Counted from the first letter of the whole stretch, positions 1-11,470 are shown. The stretch: 63,471 bases of DNA, filler included, from Sluysia triapertura (GCA_046118255.1; 4 parts of 4 records of this genome joined end to end with filler, not necessarily neighbours in it); one strand, 5' to 3'. Made by a program: numbers and translations. The notes: generated by a model not told the origin, from the letters alone.

Positions 1-251
1 AATGTTAATAAAATAAATTAATAAAATAATAAAATACATTAAATAAAATTAATAATAAAATTCATTAAATTTATCAAGTAATTTTAATAATTTAAATAAA
101 ATAATAATGAAATACAATAAAATCACTAACTTGGAAGAATCGTAAATTTGAAAAATTAATTCGAAAAATTAAATTTGAAACATTAATTATTAAAAGTTTA
201 AATGACCATTTATATATTATTGATTATTTATCAATTTTTGTATATTAAGTG

Positions 252-340
252 AACATTGATTATTTATGCAACATTGATTATTTATGCTAACATACATTTT
301 AACAACATTGATTATTTATGCTAACATACATTTTAACATA
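252..340. repeat. Short tandem repeat (AACATTGATTATTTATGC[TAACATACATTTTAAC] units)
   Basis: AACATTGATTATTTATGC occurs three times in 252-320; the longer unit with TAACATACATTTTAAC occurs twice. Confidence 0.85.
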
Positions 341-566
341 ACTTATTCTTAATGAAATCGTAATACAATTATTCTAAAGCTTCTTCTTAAATGCTTAAAT
401 CTTAATACTGATTCTCAAATTCATTTTAATTTTATATTATGTCAATACTGATCCTTAAAGTATTTATGTTTATTTATATTGTTTCAATACTGGTTCTCAC
501 TCTGGGCACCAGTTTATTCTATGTGAGAATTTTAAAAGATAAGATAGAATAAAACAGAATTTTAAC

Positions 567-617
567 GTGAGTCCACCGACCTACTAGGCTTACAAATTAG
601 GGCTAGCCGTTGGATTT
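567..617 (+). repeat. Dispersed ~50-bp GC-rich hairpin motif, copy 1
   Basis: GTGAGTCCACCGACCTACTAGGCTTACAAATTAGGGCTAGCCGTTGGATTT is nearly identical to 50355-50404 (1 indel, 4 substitutions). Confidence 0.85.
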
Positions 618-1643
618 GTAGATAAAAGATTTTAAAATAAAAATTGTCTCAAGTGTAGTTTTCTTAGGGTATTCCTTACTTAATGACTTGACTGTTAATT
701 CCAATTTAATTCTGGAGGTATTTTAATTAATGTTGTCTAAAGAGTGTATATTCTTGGCTTACATTAATTTTTTAAATTTAGTAATTTCAATAAAGTTTAT
801 CTTTCATGTAAGTAAACTGTCTAAATTATGCGTGATTCCGCTATTCTTAGCTTAACAATTATTGATTCTCGATTTTAGTAAGTTCTGGAGGTATATAAGT
901 TATCTTTAGTGTTAAATTTTCTAAATGATTAAAGCAATTATTTAATTAAATAATTTATGCAGTATTCCGCTACGAGTTGGAGCCGCAAGCAGTCTAAGAA
1001 GTCAAGGTTGTTTAATTGATATTATTAATTATGTATCGAGAGTGATTAAAATTTCGACTTCGTGGATATTAAATAAATTTATGCTGTTATTATATGTTGA
1101 ATATTTCCTTTAACAACGAATCACTTAAGTGCCTTAAGCACCATTTGTATAATCTTATTTGTTTGGAATTTTATAAATTTTTGTAATAAATTAAAAGATA
1201 AAACTAATAATAACGTTTGTAATACCAATAATTCATTGATAATTAAATGCAAACATTATAGATTTAACGTTTATAAAAACATATCCACAATAACATACTT
1301 CTAAAATTTACATTTCAGAACATTATTACAATCATATGTTATAAAAATACACCTCATTATTGAAATTATTATGTAAAAAAGGTCACTTAATCCAATCTCT
1401 TTGAAGAATACTTATTTAATATCATTACAATGAAACGCATTATGGGTTTTGAATTTCTTTTTTAAGAGAGGTTTATAATCATCTTTATAACGAAATTTTA
1501 ACTGAATTCAAATAATAACAAATTATCCGCAAAATAAAATGTTTTTTTGCTTTTAACATTTACAAATATATATATAAATTAATTTTTAATATTTTGTTTC
1601 ACTATTTTATTTTAAATTTTTTACTTTACAGTCATTTTTGAAA

Positions 1644-3060
1644 ATGTCTTTGCAATTACCTAATTTTGATTTTTTGCAGGAAAATAAAAATTTACTGAAA
1701 ATATACATTCAACGATATGAATGTACATTATGCGAAGAAATTTTAATTTAAACTTACCAATTAGAATGTGGTTTAAATGATGTAAAAAATTTTTAGAAAT
1801 GCCATTCTAATCAACCTGATAATCCTGTAATAGAAAATGATTAATTTTAATGTTCATTGTTTATGTGAAGGTTGTACAGTCGAAACGAGACTTAAGGATA
1901 TGGATAAATTTGGAGAAGATTGTCAGTTGGAGGTAATCATAAAAATGAGTAGTTGAATGTAAATTATGTCATAAGTCAATATCGCATAAGGAATTCAGAC
2001 AGTTTTAAATTGTGATGAATTGGAAGTTAATAGATAGACCTTGAATTGTGGTATTAATTGTAGAACATTTAAAAAAACATTTAAGGCAATGACATACGTT
2101 AGCAAGTAACGTCCATTTAAATATTTCGGTTGCTCTAGCGAATCAGTTTTAAATGAACATAATGAAATTCCAATAATTAGTCACATGAACGATGTTCTGA
2201 ATAAAATGAAATTTTTAGAATCTAAAATTGAAGAAAATAAAAAAAATTGTGACTAAAATACGAGAAAATATTAAGAATCAACTTATAATTCGGGTTCAGT
2301 GGTGTGTTCTTTAAATATTGAATATATATCGTTATCTACTACCAATTCTCTTCGGTGACAGCAAATGACGAGTAATTTGGTATCTCGAAATCCATTATTT
2401 TCCGAAATCACTCATTTTAATGAAAAAGGTATATTAAATTATTATATTTCTTAAATATATTATAAAATATATCTAACACATGAGATTTATAATTTGTACA
2501 TTTGTGTTGATATGTGAAAAGTAAGTTTTGTGAAACTTTAACCATGTGCTAACGTATTCTATATTTGCTGGAAGAAGTGTACTTTTATTACAATGTTTGA
2601 GCAACTCGTTAAACTTCGATATTTATAATGACAATCTCTTAATCATTTTCAACCTGGATCAATTTTTTGTTATAGTTTCTATAATTTATTTCTTTGAACA
2701 ATCTTGCATCCATTTGTAAAATGTTGAATCACAGAGAAAGATCGTGTAATAAATCCCGAAAATGTCGAATATTTACTTAACGGACTTAAATTTCAAATTT
2801 AAAAAGTTTTGTATTTCATTCACTTAGTTTTAAATAATTCAAAATAAATCGATTGAATTATTGGATTAATAAAGAAAAAGTTAAGCATTGTCTTGTAATA
2901 TTGTTAATGTAGTAAGGTACACATTTGACAGAAATATAAATTAATTTATTTGGTACAGCAAAATTCAAAGAGGAAAGGTACACTAAACAAAGCATGGTTG
3001 GTTTCATAATTGTCAGAGTTTTGCGATGATGGTTTTATTGTTATTGATGTCTCAAAATAA
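1644..3060 (+). pseudogene. TRAF-family (RING - TRAF zinc fingers - coiled coil - MATH) pseudogene
   Basis: Manual translation from ATG 1644: MSLQLPNFDFLQEN..RYECTLCEEILI*TYQLECG (RING, stop at 1749). Then NVHCLCEGCTVETRLKDMDKFGEDCQLEVI (~1850-1940), RPFKYFGCSSESVLNEHNEIPIISHMNDVLNKMKFLESKIEENKK (2110-2245; last zinc finger plus coiled coil), and FCDDGFIVIDVSK* (~3019-3060; resembles the MATH C-terminal strand). Many stops and frameshifts. Confidence 0.6.
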
Positions 3061-3274
3061 TTCTGAGCAAAAGAAAGACTTATTAGATCAGTATGTTACG
3101 AGAAACCAATTGAAGGTATGAATGTGGCAAGTGCAGCATCAGTATTCTTTCCTCTTATGAATCTAGAAAATTCGATTTGTTTTACTAGATGATTGCTAGA
3201 AAAATACATGAACTAGCATGCTACAAATTGACAATTCAAACTTTCCATTGAATGATTGTTGATGAGCATCCTTT

Positions 3275-3532
3275 ATGAGCAATTAAATCATTGACTTTAA
3301 ATTCTTATTTAAAAATTATGGTTTGCTATTGCAGCTGCCTTGGTCAAACGTGACGTCATTGTACTATAAACATAATACATGCTTTTCCTAAGAAGCTACA
3401 ATACGATAAATATTTACTCCTTATTCTATCGAATCTCTTTCACATGTGCTATCAAATAATAGGTATGTATACGTGTATGAATACTTCATGAGCAATTAAA
3501 ACGTTGATTTTAAATTCTTATTATTTACAAAT
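3275..3532. repeat. ~45-bp direct repeat pair upstream of the CBP-like ORF
   Basis: ATGAGCAATTAAATCATTGACTTTAAATTCTTATT (~3275) vs ATGAGCAATTAAAACGTTGATTTTAAATTCTTATT (~3488). Confidence 0.75.
3351..3370 (+). promoter_or_regulatory. Perfect CRE palindrome (TGACGTCA) followed by TATAAA
   Basis: TGACGTCA at 3351-3358 and TATAAA at 3365-3370, ~300 nt upstream of ATG 3657. Function not demonstrated. Confidence 0.3.
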
Positions 3533-3656
3533 TATAAAAAGTTATAATTTAAGAAAATAAAGTAATTTAAGAAAATTACTAAAAAAAGTCGAAATAAATC
3601 CAATAAGTGATAGACATAAATTTACATATATTATTTTAATAATAACATAATTAGTA

Positions 3657-5474
3657 ATGCAGAATAAAAGAGTAGAGTTATTGAATAATTTTACACCGTT
3701 ATTAAATGAGATACGCACTTGTGCATATTCTGAATTATTTGGGAAACCGTCTCAGAATAATAAAGGTACTGAATTAGCAATGGATTTTAATGTAATTGAA
3801 TCCAAATTAAAAGATGGTATCTACGAAAATGAAATGGAGGTACTAAATGATATGTGGCTTATATATAATAATACTATGTCACATTATAGAAAAAATTCCA
3901 AGATATATAAAAGTTGCTCATCGATTTTTAAAACAATGCAACCTCATTTTGACAAATTAATGCAGGACAATGGATATTGTTGTGGCACGCAGCATTTTCA
4001 TTATACATCAAATAAAATATGCATTAAAAATAGTTGTATTATAAAATCTAATGCTACACATTATGTTATTGACAAAAAGCATAATCCAGAATTGTTTACA
4101 GATGTTGATTTAAACCAATATTGTTGCTGTGAATTATGTTACAAAAAAGCCGTGGACGAAAAAATTGCATTTTATATTGATGATTCAAATGAAATAACAG
4201 TTGAAAAAAGCTTATTTAAGTTGACCAAAAATTCAAAATTTCAAGAAACTTATATAAAATGTACAGAATGTAATATGTTGTGGCATAGAAATTGTGCGTT
4301 GGAGTTGAATCAATTATTTAATGATCAATTTTATTGTAAACAATGCAGTTTAAAAAGGGATCTATCCAATGAAAATAATTCTAAACAAGCAAAGGAAATA
4401 CCGAAATCAATTTTGAGTGACTATATTGAAAATGATGTGAATCGACTGTTAAACAATAATAATGTAGTCGAAAATCCGGTATGCATACGAATGTTGAGTA
4501 ACATGGAGAAAGAATTTGAAACATTAGAACGTATGAAGCAATGCTTTCCCGAGTTTCCATCATCCTTTAGATACAAAAGCAAGTCAGTATATGCTTTTCA
4601 ACAAGTTGAAAATAAAGATGTTTGCTTTTTCGCAATGTTTGTACATGAATACGAAGAATTGGGCCATATTTATATATCGTATCTGGATTCAGTACAGTAT
4701 TTTACACCTCGACATTTAAGAACCAATGTATACCAACAAATAATCATATCTTATCTAAAATATGTTAAAGAAATTGGTTACACTAAAGCGCTCATATGGT
4801 CTTGTCCTCCACACGAAGGAGATGATTATGTATTTTATGTGCATCCAGAACACCAAAAAACACCGACACAGAAACATCTAAACGATTGGTACGAATGTGT
4901 TTTGAACAAAGCGAAGGAAATGAAAATAATCGAATCATTTGATAATTTGTACAAGTATTTACAAGGCAACTATTTACCAACGAATATGTTTTATTTCAAA
5001 AATGATTTATGGCCTAAAAGAATTGAAACGATTTTAAATCAATTCATAAGTAAGAGTAATCAAAAAGACAGAAAAAGGAAACATGAAGACAATAATAATG
5101 TGAAATTTCAAAATTTGGATAATAAAAATGAATTGAACAAACTTATGGAAAAGGAAATAATGAAGGAAGGTTTCAATTATTTTGTGGTTACAATACAAAA
5201 TGAGAACGATGCTAAACAAATGACTCTAAATAATAAAAATAATGGTAATAGTAATATTATTAATAATAATAATGCAAAAGACAAATTCTTTCAGGTGGAC
5301 AATGCTGAAAATCGTTCAACATTTCAATTATATTGTCAAGCAAATCTATTAGAATTTTCTACATTAAGACAGGCTAAATATGCAACTTATCAATTCATAA
5401 AATCGATTCTGTCAAAATTTTATTATGTAAACGGTAATTGTTACTGTATTGCCGCTTCAAAAAAAACTTTGTGA
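3657..5474 (+). CDS. CBP/p300-like (KAT3) histone acetyltransferase core: degenerate bromodomain, RING/PHD (CH2) and HAT domain; intronless; lacks TAZ1 and KIX
   Basis: 605-aa ORF with p300/CBP signatures: GYCCG; CTECNMLWHRNC..FYCKQC; YISYLDSVQYF; LRTNVYQQIIISYLKY; IWSCPPHEGDDYVFYVHP..QKTPTQKHLNDWY; YFKNDLWP; LEFSTLRQAKYAT. Confidence 0.95.
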   Translation: MQNKRVELLNNFTPLLNEIRTCAYSELFGKPSQNNKGTELAMDFNVIESKLKDGIYENEMEVLNDMWLIYNNTMSHYRKNSKIYKSCSSIFKTMQPHFDKLMQDNGYCCGTQHFHYTSNKICIKNSCIIKSNATHYVIDKKHNPELFTDVDLNQYCCCELCYKKAVDEKIAFYIDDSNEITVEKSLFKLTKNSKFQETYIKCTECNMLWHRNCALELNQLFNDQFYCKQCSLKRDLSNENNSKQAKEIPKSILSDYIENDVNRLLNNNNVVENPVCIRMLSNMEKEFETLERMKQCFPEFPSSFRYKSKSVYAFQQVENKDVCFFAMFVHEYEELGHIYISYLDSVQYFTPRHLRTNVYQQIIISYLKYVKEIGYTKALIWSCPPHEGDDYVFYVHPEHQKTPTQKHLNDWYECVLNKAKEMKIIESFDNLYKYLQGNYLPTNMFYFKNDLWPKRIETILNQFISKSNQKDRKRKHEDNNNVKFQNLDNKNELNKLMEKEIMKEGFNYFVVTIQNENDAKQMTLNNKNNGNSNIINNNNAKDKFFQVDNAENRSTFQLYCQANLLEFSTLRQAKYATYQFIKSILSKFYYVNGNCYCIAASKKTL

Positions 5475-5757
5475 TTATTGCGACGATTATTGTACATCAA
5501 TGTATATTACACATGCTGAGGATTGCACTAATAGTAAAACATGCGAATATCCAGAATGCGAAGATATGAAAAAATTTATAGGTCATTTTCAACAACAATT
5601 ACTGATCAAGCAAGTTCGTTGCGAATACGATGAATGTGGAATTTGTCCATTTATGATTGCCAAGGCGAAATCACACGTGGAATTATGCACAACGGATAAT
5701 TGTGAAGCGACGTTACATTTTTTTCATATTATAATTGAACATTTAAATAAAAGTTAA
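5449..5757 (+). CDS. TAZ2-type zinc finger plus ZZ vestige; +1-frame continuation of the CBP-like ORF
   Basis: HAEDC..C..PEC..MKK..H..C..C.IC..H...C...C matches the p300 TAZ2 His/Cys pattern. It joins the upstream ORF if one A is removed from the A8 run at 5459-5466. Confidence 0.85.
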   Translation: MPLQKKLCDYCDDYCTSMYITHAEDCTNSKTCEYPECEDMKKFIGHFQQQLLIKQVRCEYDECGICPFMIAKAKSHVELCTTDNCEATLHFFHIIIEHLNKS

Positions 5758-6553
5758 CATAAAGTAATGGAAGCTTGATTGACTGCAGATAGATATCATT
5801 TTCGTTAAAAAATTTTGAATATTTGATACATATTCATTAAATATATAAAAATAAAAAGGAATTTTAGTTTTTTTATATCGAATAATTACATTTAAAATTT
5901 CGAATCTTATTTTTATTTTTTAATATCATAGTACTTAAAAATGAGTATTCATATTATTTTAATGATGGATATATAAATTATTATTATATCTCATATCTTA
6001 ATATTCATAAAATAATATAAGAATATATACGATACATTTTTAGATTCATTAATTTAGGCAAAACTATTATTATTGAAAATAGTTTGTTCAGTGATTTTAG
6101 AAAATATATTAAAATTTACATTGTAAATATTTACAAATATGTCTTATTAATACTAAATATCTATTTGTTATGTTGCCATAATGCACTTAGGTTATATATG
6201 CGTCTTATTCAACCTTTTTTAGTAAATCTAACATAGTTTAATATTTTTGAAAGTATTATATTTGATGGGTGTTTCAAATATTCAAATTAAATTATTTCAT
6301 CAGTGGTATTAACATTAAAATTAGAAATTTATTCAACCTCAATTACATATGATGTAATCCAAATATATTGTCAAGCATTTATGATAAATCTAACTAATTT
6401 CGAATTTGTCAAGTATAGCTATTAAAAGTACAAACATTTCACATTCATTTTGATTTTCCTCTTACATGGCAATTATCGAATATTTCACTCTTTTTTATCA
6501 TTATTATATATAGTACTACTTCTAAGACACAAGAACCAGACCGAGATAGTATC

Positions 6554-6782
6554 ATGACCTTACATGTACTCATTTCTACAGCTCGATCGAACACAGTCTA
6601 TACAGATACTTGTAAGAACGTCCACACGCAAATTCGCAATCCTAAAGCTAGAACCAATTGTCACACCAGGCCAACAACTCCAGTTAAACCTATACTTAAC
6701 CTGTATCAAACTCGTACCGACACCACAACCACTGTGGAAGTTGAGGATGTCGATTGCAACGACACCACACTCATCTGAATAA
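6554..6782 (+). CDS. Small hypothetical ORF island (two overlapping frames, 74 and 72 aa)
   Basis: Locally GC-richer island with two stop-free frames; TATA-like TATATATA at ~6504; AATAAA overlaps the stops at 6778-6783. Confidence 0.3.
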
Positions 6783-7104
6783 AATGCGTCGGGTGCGCCC
6801 TTAATTTAAACAAAAATATTTCCCTGTTCGGCAGTAAGATATTGATAATCATTTTGAAACCTGAGGAAAATCTTGGAGTTCCAAAGATCTTCGTAAGGTG
6901 TTGAGACCCTTATGAAGACTTTTGAGACTTTCGATTAACTTTGTAAAATATTTGGAACCTTTAAAATGTTCAAGAATTAAAATCATGGCTAATAATACTA
7001 AAGATAAATTTGATACATTAAAATTAAAATAAAAAAGTAGAAAACGGTATCAGAGTGGTGAAGGTGGAAACTTTTACACTCTGAATTAAATATGTTAAAA
7101 AATT

Positions 7105-8570
7105 AATTATTTAATTAATTAAAATCTTAATTAACATAATTAAGGAAAATTACTTTTGAATGAGGAATGCTATGTTAAAATTGGAATTTTGTATGTATGT
7201 GTTTTAAGGAAATCTTCTTATGAAGATAATGTTTGACCGAGTTCATGCGAGAAAAGCCTCCATATTTCAAAGTGGAATTTTAATTAATTTTTAATTAAAA
7301 CATGCTGAATCTTTCTTATTAAGAATGATGAATTAGGTATAGAATGATTGCTATGAAATAGGAGAATCCGAAAATGAGGTTGAAATGTTTGTAATATGGT
7401 TTGTTTTGTGAATGACAAACTTATTAAAAATTGAGTGTGAGGAATTGAAAATTAATTAAACTATAAAAACTAAAGTTAAATTCATTTTTCGGTATGCCAA
7501 CTGTCAGAGTTCATTTTTTAATTTATTTTATAAATTTTGTATTCTTATTCTATAAATATTTTATGTATTATATTTATTAATATTTTTGTATAAATATTAA
7601 ATTAAATTTTATTTTTATTACAATAACACTTTAAAAATTAACATAAAATTTGTAAAATAAAAAAATATTAAATAAAATGTTTAATAAAATTTATTTTAAT
7701 TCTAAAAATAGTTAAAAAATTTTTATTTTAAGTAATCAATAAAATTATTCTAACAAAATGAAGAAAGAAAATGGAGGATCATAATATAAATATGTAAGGT
7801 TAATTTTTGACACTAATCTTTCAGAAATTAAGATGAGATTTCTTAGAAAATGTTAGACTTGGAATTTTTGGAATATTTAATTCGATTCGCTTTGGTTCTC
7901 CATGCATAGAATATAAAACACCATAAGGGAATATAAAAATACAGGCAATATAAACTATTTTTATGCAACACCTTTCGAAACTTACTACTATAATCAAACA
8001 ACGACCAACCGAGGTTGAGCTTGTGAATATAATTATTATTATTATAATTTTTTTGTTTTTGTACCCGTTAACTTTGTAAGGATTCTTAGTTGTAAATAAT
8101 ATATCTTAAGAGGATTAATTTGTTTTTATTCACTAGAGGGGTTTAAAAACTTTATTAAATTTTTTAAAGCAACACCTTTAACCTAACTAAATAATATAAA
8201 TAACTAATTCATATATACTTGTTGTAAGGCGTAAGTTGACCTTTAAATTTTAAAATAATTAAATCCTAATAGCACGTCTCCAACAGTGGTATAAACCGTG
8301 AAAATTAGGCGAACGGACTCCTTAGATATTTTGTAACTAAGATTAAGCTTTAAACAATAATTGTTATTTTAATATAAGAAGTGATTCATGAAAAATTAGA
8401 TCCAGTAGAGTAGAAGAAAAAAAGCAGTTGATTGTTAATCGAATTGTTATGTTTTGCTTGACAGTTTGTACAATGTAAATGTCAAGGTCCTTTTAGTCGG
8501 TTTAATCTTTATAAGATGATTTGATGATTTTGAATGTAGGAAAGATTGGATGACATAAAAGTATAAAATA
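7105..8570 (+). repeat. Diverged non-coding repeat module, copy 1 (split by an ~870-bp insert at ~7500-8370)
   Basis: Blocks at ~7105-7160, ~7345-7380, ~7425-7500 and ~8390-8560 match the reverse complement of ~10765-11330. Confidence 0.65.
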
Positions 8571-10462
8571 CAACATTTGGGAATTTTTAAAACACTGAAA
8601 AAGTGACAACATTCACTAATAACAACAAATAAGAAGATTCATGTTTTTCATAATGTTTTGGATTTTTGTTTTATATAAATATTAATTTTAATAATGTAAT
8701 TTTTGCGTTAATACTTTGAATTTTATTTTAAATAAAGTGTATTTTATTTTTGGGATTTATCCTCGGATATTTTGTAAACATTTTCATTATTTTTAGAGGA
8801 TCCAATATTTTAAGTTTTACTTTAAATAAATATTAATTTGATGAAAATAAGTTTTTTCCTTTTATTTTTGAGGATTCATCCTCTGATATTCATTTGATAT
8901 TTTGTAAACAATTCTAGTTATTTTTCGGGGATTTAACCTAGATAAGCTATGTATATTTTTAGGAATCTCCATTTGAAGTGACATTGTTTCATAGGATTTT
9001 AAATTGATATTTTAGGAGTTTTTCTGTGTTTTATCTTGGATTTAAAAATTAAGTTATGCAAAATTGCCGTTTTATTCCTATTTGGTAATTGTTAAAAATT
9101 TTATATTGTAGATAATTCATTTTCTAGATTGTATTTTCTTTGTAATTATTTAAAATATATTAAAGTGTTAGTTATTAATATTAATGGAAAAGGATTTATT
9201 ATTTTTATAAGAATTTTAAGAATTTCAATTATTATTAATAATATTTTAAGATGCATAATTTATAATAATTTAAGACGCATCGGTATTGTACTTGTTAATT
9301 GAATTTGTAAAGACTTTAATTTATAATTAGAATTTGTATTCATTCTGTGAACATTGAGAGTTTATTGCAATTAAAGAATAATCAATAATTTCTACCTATT
9401 TTACGAATACTGAAAATATATCGAAATTTTGAGCTAATATAATTAATGAGCTATTGTTAATAATTTTAAATAAAGTAGCAACATAAACTGTCGTACAATT
9501 AACAATCAACTCTAATATAATGATATCATGGTATATCACTCGAAAAACCAAGGGAAAAGCAACCAAAACAATTTAGAAATAAATTTCATTTAATACAACT
9601 GGCAACGGAATTTTCGCAAAATTTTCAAAATTCATTTCTCTCGATAATATATATTAACAAGGCATTTCCGAAAATTAGCAACACTTAATTTTTTCCTAAA
9701 TGTTTAAATGTCTAAGACTATTTAAATTTCAATTTATTTAACAAATATCTATTAAGAGGTTTTTTGATACAATTATGTGAAATAATATTAATAAATTATT
9801 ATTCAATAATAATAAAATAATTAAATTATTACCACTATTATTTCATTGCTTATTAAAATTTTTCAACTATTTCTTGGTATACTTTCTTTTTATCCAATCA
9901 TTCTTGAATTCTCTAACATAAATTATTTGAACTTACTTTGATGATTAGCTTGATAATAACAGCTTCGAAAATTTCAATATATGCTGCAAGGTAATCCAAT
10001 CCAAATTATATTCTTGGTAAATTTATTGTAATATTTCACGTATTTCACTAATAACTTCACAATTTAATTGAAATCAAATTAATAACAAAATCTTTCAAAA
10101 AATTCAAAGATGATATAGGAAAAGAAAATAATAAGAAATACTGTTTCATATTAATTTCGATTATTTTTTAATTTTAAATATAATTTTTTTTCATCATTAA
10201 TTCGTGCTAAGACAATTAAGCCAAACATTTTTTACGTAAGGACCAAAACAAACATATTAAAAATTAATTAAACAAATAATTGTTCACGATCCGAAAGCTG
10301 TTGAAAAGCAACTTTCAAAGTTAAATGCACAATAACTCTTCCGAAAAATCCAGAAGAATTAAAATTTGACAAATAATAATATTTATATTCTTTTCAAATA
10401 ATTCTATTTCAATTCAATAACAAAAAAAACTATATGATAAATTGGCCAGGGAGTTTCCCAAA

Positions 10463-10582
10463 CAAAATCAATTTATCTATGGCTTAAAAATCAAATTTCA
10501 ATTAATCAACTTAAAGTATTTTAAAAAATATATAGGAATACGAGTCCCCCCTCCAAAATCAATTTATCTATGGCTTAAAAAT
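10463..10582. repeat. Perfect 29-bp direct repeat
   Basis: CAAAATCAATTTATCTATGGCTTAAAAAT at 10463-10491 and 10554-10582. Confidence 0.9.
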
Positions 10583-10764
10583 GAAGGTTAAAATAATAAT
10601 TTAATATTCAACTAAAAAAATTCAAATTAATTCAAATTAAAATTGTTTTCCCAGCTCAATAAAATTAACAAAATTACCGATAGCATGAAAATGAACAGTA
10701 CGATAAATTTGAATTATAGCTCTGTATTTGTATTGTACGTTAACATTTTAAAGTTTTTTTATTT

Positions 10765-11330
10765 TGTATCCAATCAATCCTGAGTTTTACAATGAAACAC
10801 TCTCACACAAATCATCAAAATCTCTTTGAGAATTAGACCCATAATAACAGACAATTACATGGTAAGTCTGTCAAACTTCATTAGGTACAAAATAGAAATT
10901 TGATTTATTATCCACCATCACTTTCTTTTACTCTACTCAATCTATTTTTACTTATATTACTTCTCACACAAAAATTAAAGTCAACAACATTGTTAACATA
11001 CATAAAAAAAATGAATTTAATTTCACTTTTTAAAATTTAATTAATTTTTGATTTTTCACACCCAATTTTTATGTGATAAATGTTTAAGATACTTATTTTC
11101 AAACTAATTATTCTGCAAACTCACTTTCAGATTCTCCTCTCTCTCATAGCGATCATCTGATATTGCATTCATTATATTTGCATCATTCTAAGTATAAAGG
11201 TTCAACATTCCATAATTAAGAGTTGATTAAAATTTGAATTTGCTCAATATGTAGCATTTCGTATTCAAAAGTTATTCTGGAAAACGTACTTTTTCTTAAT
11301 TAAGTTAATTAAGATTTTATTAATTAATCT
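10765..11330 (-). repeat. Diverged non-coding repeat module, copy 2 (inverted)
   Basis: Reverse complement GATGATCGCTATGAGAGAGAGGAGAATCTGAAAGTGAG resembles 7345 TGATTGCTATGAAATAGGAGAATCCGAAAATGAG; AAAATCTTAATTAAC(T/A)TAATTAAG is shared; AAAAATTG(G/A)GTGTGA is shared. Confidence 0.65.
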
Positions 11331-11470
11331 ATTATTGGACTATTTTATTATTATTAATTAATCTATTAATCTATTATTAATTAATCTATTAATTAATCTA
11401 TTATTTTATTAATTAATCTATTATTAATTAATCTATTATTATTAAACTATTATTATTAATCTATCATTAA
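11320..11470. repeat. AT-rich minisatellite (ATTAATTAATCTATT-like units)
   Basis: Repeated TTAATCTATT units visible directly. Confidence 0.85.

Noticed and set aside
7045-7083. CGGTATCAGAGT resembling a tRNA-iMet primer-binding site, within a CAGAGTG/CACTCTG hairpin
   Set aside because: Only a 10/12 match, not preceded by an LTR-terminal CA, and no gag follows.
8220-8305. TGTTG..CAACA followed by GTGGTAT (mini-LTR + PBS-like)
   Set aside because: Only 66 bp long, no second copy seen, and a poor PBS match.
9860-10020. Gag-like peptide DYLAAYIEIFEAVI on the minus strand
   Set aside because: Too short and interrupted by stops to support a call by eye.
10449-10459. NF-kB-like site GGGAGTTTCCC
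   Set aside because: Single motif with no associated gene start.
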